From a virus (Duplodnaviria > Caudoviricetes): a stretch of 50,978 nucleotides of DNA. The stretch is taken from positions 1 to 50,978 of the IMG/VR virus record IMGVR_UViG_3300010401_000014, one strand, 5' to 3'. The notes under the pieces are model-generated. The model had not been told where the DNA came from and searched no databases. It saw only the letters and a program-made list of their open reading frames with translations. Made by a program: the position numbers and the translations under genes. Shown one piece after another: positions 30,223 through 38,672 of the stretch (its first letter is position 1; each line of letters opens with the position of its first letter).

Positions 30223-30471
30223 ATGGCTGACGAACGCTACAATATTGTATTCTTTAAGCGGTTTCCAGAAAATTACGTAGACAAATCAGGCAACGATCGC
30301 AAGGGTGTATTTCGTAGAATTGGAAATGCTATAGCAAGGGATGATGGAAGTTTTCTATGCTTTATTGATTCAATTCCGTTAAATTGGGATGGTCAATTTA
30401 AGTTGTATAAAGCAGAAAGTCAATCAGAAAGAGAAACTAGAGAATCAGAGGCTGCTGGAGATTTTGAATAG
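30223..30471 (+). CDS. Small phage protein, possibly ssDNA-binding
   Basis: RRIGNA..DDGS..IDSIP..WDG; acidic tail ending GDFE. Confidence 0.5.
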   Translation: MADERYNIVFFKRFPENYVDKSGNDRKGVFRRIGNAIARDDGSFLCFIDSIPLNWDGQFKLYKAESQSERETRESEAAGDFE

Positions 30472-30485
30472 ATGTACGACGGTCT

Positions 30486-30824
30486 CTAAAAAATCTCATT
30501 TCCAGGGTTTAAGTAATTCCATAAAAACTTAACAGCTCTATCATTTTTAATATCTTCGCTAGTAAACCTAAAAATCTTAAATCCTAATGCTTGAGCTTCG
30601 TTATACTTATTGCAATCATCTTGATATCCATGCATTCTAACGTGCGAACCTTTCATCCAGATACCACCTTCGATTTCAATAAGGATATTTAGCTCAAGTA
30701 TAGCAAAATCCACTCGCCATTTTCGTTTTGGATGAAATTTAACCTCTCGCTGTAATGGTGGGAGGTTAGTTTTTTTATACTGTACTAGAAATAACTCTTC
30801 GTATTGGCTTTTCTTATTTGACAA
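30486..30824 (-). CDS. PD-(D/E)XK endonuclease (Vsr/DUF559-like)
   Basis: REVKFHPKRKWRVDFA..IEIEGG..DCNKYNEA..GFKIFRFT. Confidence 0.85.
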   Translation of the reverse strand: MSNKKSQYEELFLVQYKKTNLPPLQREVKFHPKRKWRVDFAILELNILIEIEGGIWMKGSHVRMHGYQDDCNKYNEAQALGFKIFRFTSEDIKNDRAVKFLWNYLNPGNEIF

Positions 30825-31005
30825 AGTTTCTACCTCTAGGAGATTTGTCTCTAGTTAGTATTGCTTTACGATTTTTGTTATTCATAATTCCAATAAAGCA
30901 ATTATATCCAGCTTGGATTAATTTCTCAAGAGCATCTTGTTGAGAAACCTTAAAATGCTCTGAATATGATTCAATCATTTTTTTATATCTATTATCTAAA
31001 GTCAT
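30814..31005 (-). CDS. Small putative DNA-binding (RHH-like) protein
   Basis: MTLD..YKKMIESY...VSQQDALEKLI. Confidence 0.4.
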   Translation of the reverse strand: MTLDNRYKKMIESYSEHFKVSQQDALEKLIQAGYNCFIGIMNNKNRKAILTRDKSPRGRNFVK

Positions 31006-31195
31006 GGCGTTAGCCTCGGTTTCGGCTGAGCGGTCACAGGCGCCTCTGGACGTGTCGATCTAGGTCGGAGGTAGGGCAGCGTCCGTCGCTTCGATCCTGG
31101 GCTTAAAGAACTGGCGCCGCTTGCCTATCTAGCACTAGCAGCCGGCCGGCGAGGGACCGGACGACGGGCCGTCCGACCCTCTGCCGCCCACGTAC
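31005..31195. other. GC-rich island B with core motif at 31101-31124 (+)
   Basis: Hand count about 67% GC over 31011-31190; GCTTAAAGAACTGGCGCCGCTTGC. Confidence 0.8.
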
Positions 31196-31439
31196 AAAAA
31201 TAGTTAGAAAAAAACTCCACAACGCTACCTGTAGAGATTTACATTTTCTTTCTATGTTTGCCAATAACGAAAACGCCGCCTTATTTAAGACGGCGCTAAC
31301 GTCGCGTTTCTTGGTAAGGATGGACGCGATACCAACCAATCGGGAGATTCTAAATCTTGCAGCTATGGAGCTTATCTGCAAAGTTAGATTCCCTGTAAGC
31401 TGCTCCACTTGTTAACTATACAGAACGCATACAAGCTTG

Positions 31440-31664
31440 TCAATGGATAAATGGAATTAGTATTTCGTATTGTATCTTTCCAAATTCATCAATAACTACT
31501 AATCTACTATCAGACTTAAGGTACTTATAAATTAGTACAAATACAGCTAATGATGTTCTTAGAATAAATGATTTAGTTTGTTTATGTGTAGCTGAAATAT
31601 CATGCAATAACTTAAATTCATCTTTATTAACTTCTACGCGAATTGTCTTAGTTTGATCTACCAT
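31440..31664 (-). CDS. CopG/RHH-like regulator
   Basis: TIRVEVNKDEFKLL..TKSFILRTSL. Confidence 0.55.
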   Translation of the reverse strand: MVDQTKTIRVEVNKDEFKLLHDISATHKQTKSFILRTSLAVFVLIYKYLKSDSRLVVIDEFGKIQYEILIPFIH

Positions 31665-31852
31665 AGTATAATTTTACCATCTTTAATTTCGCTACTTATA
31701 TTTGATCTTTCGTTATTTTCATCTAAATGAAATTCTACTATTTTCATTAGGTGTTTAGATAGAGATCTTTTTGATCTTTCTGTAATTTTTAGTTTCTTAC
31801 ACAGCTTTATATAATTATTATATTCTTCATTGGAGACTTTTATTCTTTTCAT
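31658..31852 (-). CDS. Hypothetical small basic protein
   Basis: Coupled ORF in operon. Confidence 0.5.
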   Translation of the reverse strand: MKRIKVSNEEYNNYIKLCKKLKITERSKRSLSKHLMKIVEFHLDENNERSNISSEIKDGKIILW

Positions 31853-32250
31853 AGTGATAATGTAAGCTGTTCTAATTGTTGTTGTTTTTCTGTCTTTTTA
31901 ACTATTATTGGTATTACAAAAAACGGCGTTCCTACTTCTGCACAATACTGCATAGTGTAAAATGTACCTCCGTATTTTCTTCCATCCCATGCAAAAATCA
32001 TCAAGTTAGATTCTGCTACAATTTGTCTATTGCGAGTTAATGGAGCAGTTTTAGCAGGATATAGTGTATAGTTAGGTAAATGAATTTCAGTTTTAATTCC
32101 CCTTTGTTTAGCAAATCTTTCAACTTGAGAATCAAAACCTCCAGCTCCGCCATGAACCCAAACATTAAACATTGGGAATCTTTTTCTCGCCCATTCTAAC
32201 CATTTCAGGTTAACTTGGCGATTTCTATGCCCGCTAAATCCTAGCTTCAT
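31849..32250 (-). CDS. SLOG-superfamily protein (DUF2493/YspA-like)
   Basis: GFSGHR, VHGGAGGFD, APLTRNRQIV, AWDG..GGT. Confidence 0.8.
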   Translation of the reverse strand: MKLGFSGHRNRQVNLKWLEWARKRFPMFNVWVHGGAGGFDSQVERFAKQRGIKTEIHLPNYTLYPAKTAPLTRNRQIVAESNLMIFAWDGRKYGGTFYTMQYCAEVGTPFFVIPIIVKKTEKQQQLEQLTLSL

Positions 32251-32428
32251 AATTAATAGTCTTGTATTTGAATGTACTCGTTATTATTGTGAATCTTATT
32301 CTTCCTAAATCTAATATTTGTGATTTTAGATGGAAATCCTCTTTTACCGCATACTACAACATCAATATTTCCATGTCTAACCCAATAAAAAAATAATATT
32401 CTTATAGTTTCAGATATTTTCATTGTAA

Positions 32429-32659
32429 TTAAAATGGTATCTTGTCATATTCTTGAATAATTAAATCTTGTATTGGGTCAAGTACAAACATATCAGATTC
32501 TAGGATAATGAACTTATGACCCTTGTTTGCTTTAGCGAGTCTTTTTGCTTCAATAATAGCTTCATTCCTAACTCTGTGCTTAAATACGATATATCCAGTC
32601 GATTCATTTAGTACCATCCAAAATTGCTTTTCCATTTTAGTTTCCTTTTTAGTAATCAT
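32429..32659 (-). CDS. Hypothetical phage protein
   Basis: FWMV..KH...AIIEAKRLA..KFIILES; probable start MEKQFW after AAGGA. Confidence 0.6.
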   Translation of the reverse strand: MITKKETKMEKQFWMVLNESTGYIVFKHRVRNEAIIEAKRLAKANKGHKFIILESDMFVLDPIQDLIIQEYDKIPF

Positions 32660-32755
32660 AGAAAGGTATGTCTAAATACTCTTCAAGATATGAAAGACTC
32701 ACACGAACGTCTAATACTGGCGAGGATGTGTAATAATAAAACATATCTCTTAATT

Positions 32756-32831
32756 TGGTATGCCCGGAAAGAATTGAACTTTCTACCTTCGTCTTATAAG
32801 GACGCCGCTCTAACCGATGAGCTACGGGCAT
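32756..32831 (-). tRNA. tRNA-Ile(UAU), CCA encoded
   Basis: Cloverleaf: ATGCCCG/CGGGCAT acceptor, GCTC/GAGC D arm, loop CT-TAT-AA, GAAAG-TTCAATT-CTTTC T arm, A-CCA end. Confidence 0.9.
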
Positions 32832-32844
32832 GTTTATTTAGTTT

Positions 32845-33192
32845 TTATTCTCCGTATGTTCTTTCTACTAAATTATCACCATCGTTATCAATGATAGGTA
32901 AAGGTTTCATGTTGATAAATCTTTGTATATTTTCATTCATTTTTTGATACTTGCAAAAACACTCCTGTCTAATTTGATTAGATACTGACATGAAGTTAGA
33001 TTCTAAATAATCGTATTCTTTTGTAGTAATAACTCTTTCTAGTCGTGCATTTTTCAATAGATTTCTAAATTGATGCTCAAGTGAACGAAGAGATTTGTTT
33101 AAATTTAGTCTTGTAATTTTTGAAACGTTACCACTCACTATTTCCACAGCAGTTTCAACTGATGAATTCTTATATTCCTGATTTATTGTCAT
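32845..33192 (-). CDS. Hypothetical protein
   Basis: 115-aa ORF in operon. Confidence 0.55.
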   Translation of the reverse strand: MTINQEYKNSSVETAVEIVSGNVSKITRLNLNKSLRSLEHQFRNLLKNARLERVITTKEYDYLESNFMSVSNQIRQECFCKYQKMNENIQRFINMKPLPIIDNDGDNLVERTYGE

Positions 33193-33526
33193 AACTTGCT
33201 CCTATTCCATCTATGTTAACTATAAATTTAATGTATTCTTTTGGTTCACGTATGTCTTGAAGTGGGATGCATTTTTCCAAGACTTGATCTAGCTCAGCTT
33301 TATTTCTAGGTTTATAGATAATTAAGTCTGATGATGGTTTATTATTTCTTGCTATAAATGGTAGATCAATCCAGTTAACAACTTCTACTAAATATCTAGT
33401 ATTTTCATACGGCCAAGCTTCACTAATTCTTATAAACGCCTTATGTTTTTCTGACCAGTAGAAATCGTTATGCGATGCTACTATTAAAGATCCAAAACTA
33501 GGATTACTTAAACTATCTACGCCCAT
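33170..33526 (-). CDS. Hypothetical protein
   Basis: 118-aa ORF in operon. Confidence 0.55.
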   Translation of the reverse strand: MGVDSLSNPSFGSLIVASHNDFYWSEKHKAFIRISEAWPYENTRYLVEVVNWIDLPFIARNNKPSSDLIIYKPRNKAELDQVLEKCIPLQDIREPKEYIKFIVNIDGIGASYDNKSGI

Positions 33527-34353
33527 GCTTTCTTTACACTTACGAGATTATCATTTTCCACTACAACTTCATTACAAACCCACGAATCATTTACTTGTCC
33601 ATTTTGCGGACTCTGCAAAAATGCTCTATAGCCATTACCTGTTCTTTGAATAAACAATGGACAACGCATCTTAGGAATCGAGCTAGAAATCTGAACTGCT
33701 TTAAGTTGTACGTTACAATAATAAGATGCAACAAAACCAGTCCAATATCTATCATCTTTAATATTATCAATAGGAGGTACTTTAACTAATTTTCTACCGC
33801 TATAAAGCCTCCAAATACTAGACATAATCTTTTGATATGGTTTATCTTCTCTTGAGTTACAGCAAGGTGAATAAACTTCACCATTAGATGTACTAAGATT
33901 CTTGCAAATAAACAGATACTTAGAGATCCAACTACTAACCATTTCAAGAATTTGAGTATCATTAAAATAATTAGCAGCCATAAAGCAAACAAAAATTGCA
34001 CCAGCCCACATTCCTGCATGCGGATCTGGCGCGCATTGTTCTGCTACCATCCATTCATTTTCTTGCCGCTTGAATTCATCAATTAGTACATTTCGCCAAT
34101 AAATTAACCTTGGATCATTTGCGCCATAAGCCAAAGTAAAATAGACGTAAGCTAACACCCTACCCATAATCTCGTAATTATTCGACCTTCCGCCTTTGGT
34201 AATTGTACCAGGTTTCATTAGCCAATCTTCTGGCGGTTCTGGAGGTAGGGATAATTTTTCAACATTTTTGTATTTTTGTAATTGAGGAATCATTAAATTC
34301 AATAAATTCAAAAGATTCTGTGCAATACCTGAAATTCCTGATTCTTGGCTCAT
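33517..34353 (-). CDS. Hypothetical Trp-rich protein
   Basis: 278 aa, GGAG RBS. Confidence 0.7.
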   Translation of the reverse strand: MSQESGISGIAQNLLNLLNLMIPQLQKYKNVEKLSLPPEPPEDWLMKPGTITKGGRSNNYEIMGRVLAYVYFTLAYGANDPRLIYWRNVLIDEFKRQENEWMVAEQCAPDPHAGMWAGAIFVCFMAANYFNDTQILEMVSSWISKYLFICKNLSTSNGEVYSPCCNSREDKPYQKIMSSIWRLYSGRKLVKVPPIDNIKDDRYWTGFVASYYCNVQLKAVQISSSIPKMRCPLFIQRTGNGYRAFLQSPQNGQVNDSWVCNEVVVENDNLVSVKKAWA

Positions 34354-34365
34354 TTTTTTCTCCGC

Positions 34366-34575
34366 TTACTCTACAAATTGACTAATATATTCTTGCGTTG
34401 TGACGACCTTTTCTACCTTATTTTTGCCTAATTTCTTTAATTCTAGCTCTAATTTTTGTATTTTTCTATAACAATTATGATGTTTTGTTGTATAAATCCT
34501 CATTCTACGTTGATAATTCTTTAGTTTTATTCTTTCTTTTCTTAATTCTTCTCCAATTTTATCAAATTCTTCCAT
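34366..34575 (-). CDS. Hypothetical coiled-coil protein
   Basis: 69-aa ORF in operon. Confidence 0.55.
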   Translation of the reverse strand: MEEFDKIGEELRKERIKLKNYQRRMRIYTTKHHNCYRKIQKLELELKKLGKNKVEKVVTTQEYISQFVE

Positions 34576-34580
34576 AAATC

Positions 34581-34841
34581 TTATCTATTCTTACGTCTAG
34601 ATTCTTTTTGAATTCTTTGTTTATTCTTACGCTTTAATTGTCTTTGTCTTTTGGACCAATTTGACAACTTACCACCAGATGTTAAAGAAACCATAGCTTC
34701 ATCATTCTTGCCAAGCTTCTTTTTTGCAGCTCTTTCTAAAGACTTTGGAACTTGTGTAAATTGTTTATCAAAATCTTCCATCATCTTTCTTAATTCTTCT
34801 GCTTTTTCTGGAGATACCAACCTACCTGTACTTGTATCCAT
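34581..34841 (-). CDS. Hypothetical basic phage protein
   Basis: MDTSTGRLV...KESRRKNR. Confidence 0.65.
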   Translation of the reverse strand: MDTSTGRLVSPEKAEELRKMMEDFDKQFTQVPKSLERAAKKKLGKNDEAMVSLTSGGKLSNWSKRQRQLKRKNKQRIQKESRRKNR

Positions 34842-34846
34842 TTCTG

Positions 34847-35209
34847 TTATTCCCTTTCTTTCTCTCTTTCAATCATTGCGCGAAGTAGCATAAGATAAAC
34901 TCTAGCATCTTTAATTCTTCCCTCAATAGGCTCCCTTTGTTGTTCATTTCCTTCTACGAAAGAAAGTATACCATCTATATGCTTTAGAAAGAAAGTCATT
35001 AATACAATATAAGGTCCTATTTCTTTTTTACAGCTTTGGCATTTTAACATCTTGCCAATTCTATCAAAATTAGCAAGTACATTGTTATCTTCCCTAGCAT
35101 ATTCTTTTTGAGCTTTAGATCTAACTAAATTTTCTTCCTTAATCATTTGAGCAAACAACGCAGTCATATAATCAGAATTAATCTGTCTCATTAGTATCAA
35201 AAGCCTCAT
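34847..35209 (-). CDS. DUF1599/Nmad1-type all-alpha nucleotide-pyrophosphatase-like protein
   Basis: KAQKEYA..VLANFDR..LKHID..EPIEGRIKDARVYL. Confidence 0.6.
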   Translation of the reverse strand: MRLLILMRQINSDYMTALFAQMIKEENLVRSKAQKEYAREDNNVLANFDRIGKMLKCQSCKKEIGPYIVLMTFFLKHIDGILSFVEGNEQQREPIEGRIKDARVYLMLLRAMIEREKERE

Positions 35210-35338
35210 TAACTGATTTTAAAGTCTTGTTAACTAATTTAATATCTCTATTTACTTGATGATTTCTTCCGCCTTGCCACCCAGACCAAAATGCAATAGA
35301 CATTAATACTATAACTTCTAATAAGTCTATTAATGTCA

Positions 35339-36145
35339 TTATGTTGTTCTTTCTAATTCAAAGAGGCCAAGTGAACGAGGAAATTTTTCAGTTAGAAATT
35401 CTTGTACAATTCTAGCATATTCTCTAATTTCAAACTGTGCATGTCCACCTTGTGGAGGGTTCCCCGTAGCATCGTTTCTAAGAGATAGAAAATGTAACCA
35501 ATTTCTCAAATTAGCACTAGCGCGCATTTTTGAAAATCTAGAAACTGGAGTATTAATTCTTGCTACTTCTTTAGAAATTCCTACACTTAGCCAGTATTCG
35601 TATTGCTCATAAATTCTATCTTGAGTTGCTTTAATAGAAAGTTGTAATCTAAATGCATCTTGTTCATTAATCTCTAGTTTTTTACTTCCCTGTTTATTCT
35701 TAACGTCTTGTCCAGAATTCATTATTCTTTCAATAGTTGGCACATAATGAACATTTGGCATCTGTATATAACGTGCTGACATTTCATTATAACTTTGCGT
35801 TCTATGTCTATGCCATTCACGAAAAACAAAGATAGGTGCGGAAATTTCAAACGTAGCACCGCACATTTCAAATGGAGTTAAATGGTTATTTCTATATAAA
35901 TATTCAAGTAGCTTTTCATCACCAGATTTTGTAAAGTTATGAATTGTTAGTCCATCTGAATCTTCGCAATAATTACCAGCTAACTCTTCAGTATAGCCGC
36001 ATCTTTTGCAAACATCGGATGGTAGGGGTCCCCATCCTAAAAATCCTTTATTTGTAGACATTCTAGCTGATTCAATAATTCTTTCATCAGAGCCCCATGA
36101 TTCGATTAGTTCTACATAGCCGTAAGTAAACAATTCTTTTTTCAT
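35339..36145 (-). CDS. thyX: Flavin-dependent thymidylate synthase
   Basis: HLTPFE, signature RHRTQSYNEMSARY, KEVAR, NLRNWLHFLSLR, HAQFEIR. Confidence 0.95.
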   Translation of the reverse strand: MKKELFTYGYVELIESWGSDERIIESARMSTNKGFLGWGPLPSDVCKRCGYTEELAGNYCEDSDGLTIHNFTKSGDEKLLEYLYRNNHLTPFEMCGATFEISAPIFVFREWHRHRTQSYNEMSARYIQMPNVHYVPTIERIMNSGQDVKNKQGSKKLEINEQDAFRLQLSIKATQDRIYEQYEYWLSVGISKEVARINTPVSRFSKMRASANLRNWLHFLSLRNDATGNPPQGGHAQFEIREYARIVQEFLTEKFPRSLGLFELERTT

Positions 36146-36150
36146 TTTAT

Positions 36151-36354
36151 TTATACTTCACATCTGATATTACTAAATTTAATAGCTCTAATTAATTTAT
36201 CCCATTCAATTTCTGTTAATCCTATGGTTGCTTGTAGCTCAAGAGAATCTCCTCGTTTTACTGCAATATATAGCCGTTCGCTAACTTGAGAATCTTTTTG
36301 TTTGGGCGCATAATCAAGTTGTATTGGACCAAGTATAATGGATTTATAAATCAT
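36151..36354 (-). CDS. Hypothetical protein
   Basis: 67-aa coupled ORF. Confidence 0.5.
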   Translation of the reverse strand: MIYKSIILGPIQLDYAPKQKDSQVSERLYIAVKRGDSLELQATIGLTEIEWDKLIRAIKFSNIRCEV

Positions 36355-36556
36355 TAATTACCTCATCATCTATTATTTTAATTTCTTTTAAGTGTAGAGT
36401 AGTTAGACCGCTTGATTCATTTTCATGTAAAAATGCACATTTCCATCCTGCGCCACAATTTCTACATCGCCATTTAAAGTTAGGTTTTTCAACTCTCTCA
36501 TCTTCTCTAACTCTCTTCCTGGCGCTACATTTTAAGCAATTAAGATATAATTCCAT
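36344..36556 (-). CDS. Zinc-ribbon protein
   Basis: CLKC...CRNC. Confidence 0.55.
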   Translation of the reverse strand: MELYLNCLKCSARKRVREDERVEKPNFKWRCRNCGAGWKCAFLHENESSGLTTLHLKEIKIIDDEVINDL

Positions 36557-36864
36557 TAATACTTGTAATTATTATTTATAATTCTTGATAGATCTGTTTT
36601 ATAATTTAATTCTACAAGATACCAAAATTCGCTTAAAACTCTTGTAGGTAACTTTAGAATTTCTCTATTCTTTTGTCTGTTAAAGTTATGTCTAGCTTGT
36701 TTTATATTCTTTTTAAGTTTTTCAATTTTATCTTTTCGTGACTTTATTTCATGTTCGCAATCCATGCAATAGCCGCGAGTGCTGATATCGTCTTTCTTTA
36801 ATCTACAAAACTTACAGTGCGTAATACGCGGAATACTAATATCTCTAAATTCAATTTCTTTCAT
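36556..36864 (-). CDS. Zinc-finger plus basic coiled-coil protein
   Basis: CKFC...CMDC; first ORF of the leftward operon. Confidence 0.55.
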   Translation of the reverse strand: MKEIEFRDISIPRITHCKFCRLKKDDISTRGYCMDCEHEIKSRKDKIEKLKKNIKQARHNFNRQKNREILKLPTRVLSEFWYLVELNYKTDLSRIINNNYKY

Positions 36865-37228
36865 TCTTGTCTCATCTTATTAAATTTATCAACTCTTGAT
36901 TTATCTAGCAAGGGTTCATACGCTTCTGCTACATAATCATCTATGAGATATTTAAGATATGCCTACATGCTATTTTTACATCAATAATAATTTATAGTCT
37001 AATCCCCTGACCTAACCTCCGGGTAGCCGGCTCGCCTGGCGTCTCTAGCCATGCCATAATAGTACCACAAATCAGACCTAAAACAGCGCCTTCAGCAAGT
37101 TGCTATAGCAGCTAAGTCACCACACGAGGTACCTCACTACAGCTAATTGCTATAGGGAGCTAGCTCGTCACGCTCGGTACCGGCCACAACCATCCCGCTA
37201 ACTGGCATCAAACTTACTTGGAGGTTAG

Positions 37229-37245
37229 CTGGCATCTCTTTTGCT
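37229..37245 (+). promoter_or_regulatory. Sigma54 -24/-12 element
   Basis: CTGGCATCTCTTTTGCT (GG-N10-GC). Confidence 0.55.
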
Positions 37246-37654
37246 TACCATCCAACCCGGCAAGTCATGCCGCATTGCGGCAAATTGACGTCTTAGCGCG
37301 GCAAGCTCTAATGCCGCATTGCGTCATACCGTGCTTTTGGCTCACTACTGGTGTAGTGCGTGCTGTACACCGGGTGGAAACGCTACCCACCGAATCCTCG
37401 AGCTGGCCCTGCTCTAGAGCTCGCTGTGCCATCCTCCGACCTCAGCACGACCACCAGCACAGCCACCAGCAACCAGGGTCACACAGGCCTCTACAGCAAG
37501 CGCCACAGGGGAACGGATCCACCATGGGGATTGGCTCACTACCGTCGATCGCTGCGCTCCTAGCTGAGCTAACACAAGCTACAGCTGTAGGTATTCCCGC
37601 TCTGTATCACCTATGCTATCACCTGTTACCAAAGTGCTCATCCTGTAACACGGC

Positions 37655-37780
37655 TGACAAAGAGTGTCAGTAGGTGACAAAAGTTGTCAGTACCCAGTGA
37701 CAAAGATTGTCAGCTTAGATCTGATCCTTAGACCTAAAACAAAGTGACAAAGTTTGTCAACTCTATGACACAAAGTGTCG
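37655..37780. repeat. Five TGACA-N5-TGTC(A/G) palindromes (enhancer/operator array)
   Basis: Copies start at 37655, 37675, 37698, 37745, 37766. Confidence 0.9.
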
Positions 37781-37786
37781 ATGGCG

Positions 37787-37811
37787 TAAGTTACTGGTAC
37801 TAAACGACTTA
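37787..37811. promoter_or_regulatory. IHF-like site
   Basis: Minus strand TACCAG-TAAC-TTA vs WATCAR-N4-TTR (one mismatch); TAAGT-N15-ACTTA symmetry. Confidence 0.5.
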
Positions 37812-37900
37812 GATATGGTTATGTTACCTATAGTAACGTTGGCACGGAAAAGAATTGTCAGTCTTAGAGTCTACATAGAGAAATCTCCCTCTAAAGATAG

Positions 37901-37917
37901 CTGGCATTTGCTTTGCT
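37901..37917 (+). promoter_or_regulatory. Sigma54 promoter
   Basis: CTGGCATTTGCTTTGCT (GG-N10-GC) 120-250 bp downstream of the palindrome array. Confidence 0.7.
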
Positions 37918-37964
37918 ATGTAGATCAGAGAGAAAGGCAAGACAAAACGGACGGCCGAAAGGTC

Positions 37965-37993
37965 TTGACAGTCTCACGGTTCTAGGCTACGAT
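37965..37993 (+). promoter_or_regulatory. Sigma70 promoter
   Basis: TTGACA-17-TACGAT. Confidence 0.75.
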
Positions 37994-38020
37994 TCGCGGA
38001 GTAGGAAACAGACGGTTTGA

Positions 38021-38033
38021 GGTTCGTTGAAAA
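38021..38033 (+). promoter_or_regulatory. boxA-like antitermination site 1
   Basis: GGTTCGTTGAAAA about 20 nt after the predicted start site. Confidence 0.55.
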
Positions 38034-38342
38034 CCTAGAATCTAGAATGATTCGCACTAGTTTAGTTTATGTTGAACCAGTGTGACAAACTAGGAACAAA
38101 TCACATGCTCATTTATGCGTTTCCTAGAACGAAAAATGAGAAAGCGATAACGCAGTTACCGCCTAGCGCGAATCATCTTAGACTTTAGGTTTAGCAGGAA
38201 AAACAGGAGAAGAAAGCAAGCCTGAAAAGAACGATTGCGAAATCAGCGAAACGGCTAGACAGGATCTGTAAAGGTCCACGGAGCATGGAGTAGCTGTCAA
38301 AGTAGCGAAAGATCCTAGTAAGGCTTGACTTTCTCCTGTTTC

Positions 38343-38355
38343 GGTTCTTTGAAAA
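38343..38355 (+). promoter_or_regulatory. boxA-like antitermination site 2
   Basis: GGTTCTTTGAAAA in the linker between cassettes 2 and 3. Confidence 0.65.
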
Positions 38356-38672
38356 TCAGCTCAGTATCGCGATAGGGATAACCCCGTCGCTTCACCTAAA
38401 ACTAGGTGGTGAAAAGGCGATACTGAAAAAAACAGTGTGTGGAAACTCATGCGCTAATGTTTGAAAGAAAGCATGATAATCTAAGCCAAATCATGCGCCT
38501 GTACTTAGCGGGAAAGTGTCAGTAATCGAATTAAAATCTGTTTCACGAATGCGTTGTGGACCTCGGAAAGCAACGTGCTAGTGAATGCTGGCGCCGCGTT
38601 AGCGCAGTAGCTTCCACATACTGAAAACTCTGGGGCTTCTTCCTGCCGTCAAGTAATGCAAGGAATGAAAGA

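Noticed and set aside
31103-31408. 101-aa minus-strand ORF
   Set aside because: GTG start, atypical composition and overlap with GC island B; cannot be supported, though not excluded.
32624-32947. ORFs 32649-32831 (-) and 32624-32947 (+)
   Set aside because: They overlap the well-formed tRNA and neighbouring genes; likely spurious.
37218-37673. ORFs 37218-37673 and 37360-37563
   Set aside because: They cross a GC-rich regulatory zone with atypical composition; open frames are expected there by chance.
37655-37780. Mini-CRISPR array
   Set aside because: Units are 15-bp palindromes with variable centres and gaps of 5, 8, 32 and 6 bp; no constant repeat/spacer geometry and no cas genes.
38219-38320. 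Hammerhead or HDV-like ribozyme in cassette 2
   Set aside because: CTGAAAAGA lacks the CUGANGA core, and although GCGAA precedes a pseudoknot strand, the P1.1, P3 and P4 elements of HDV cannot be built.
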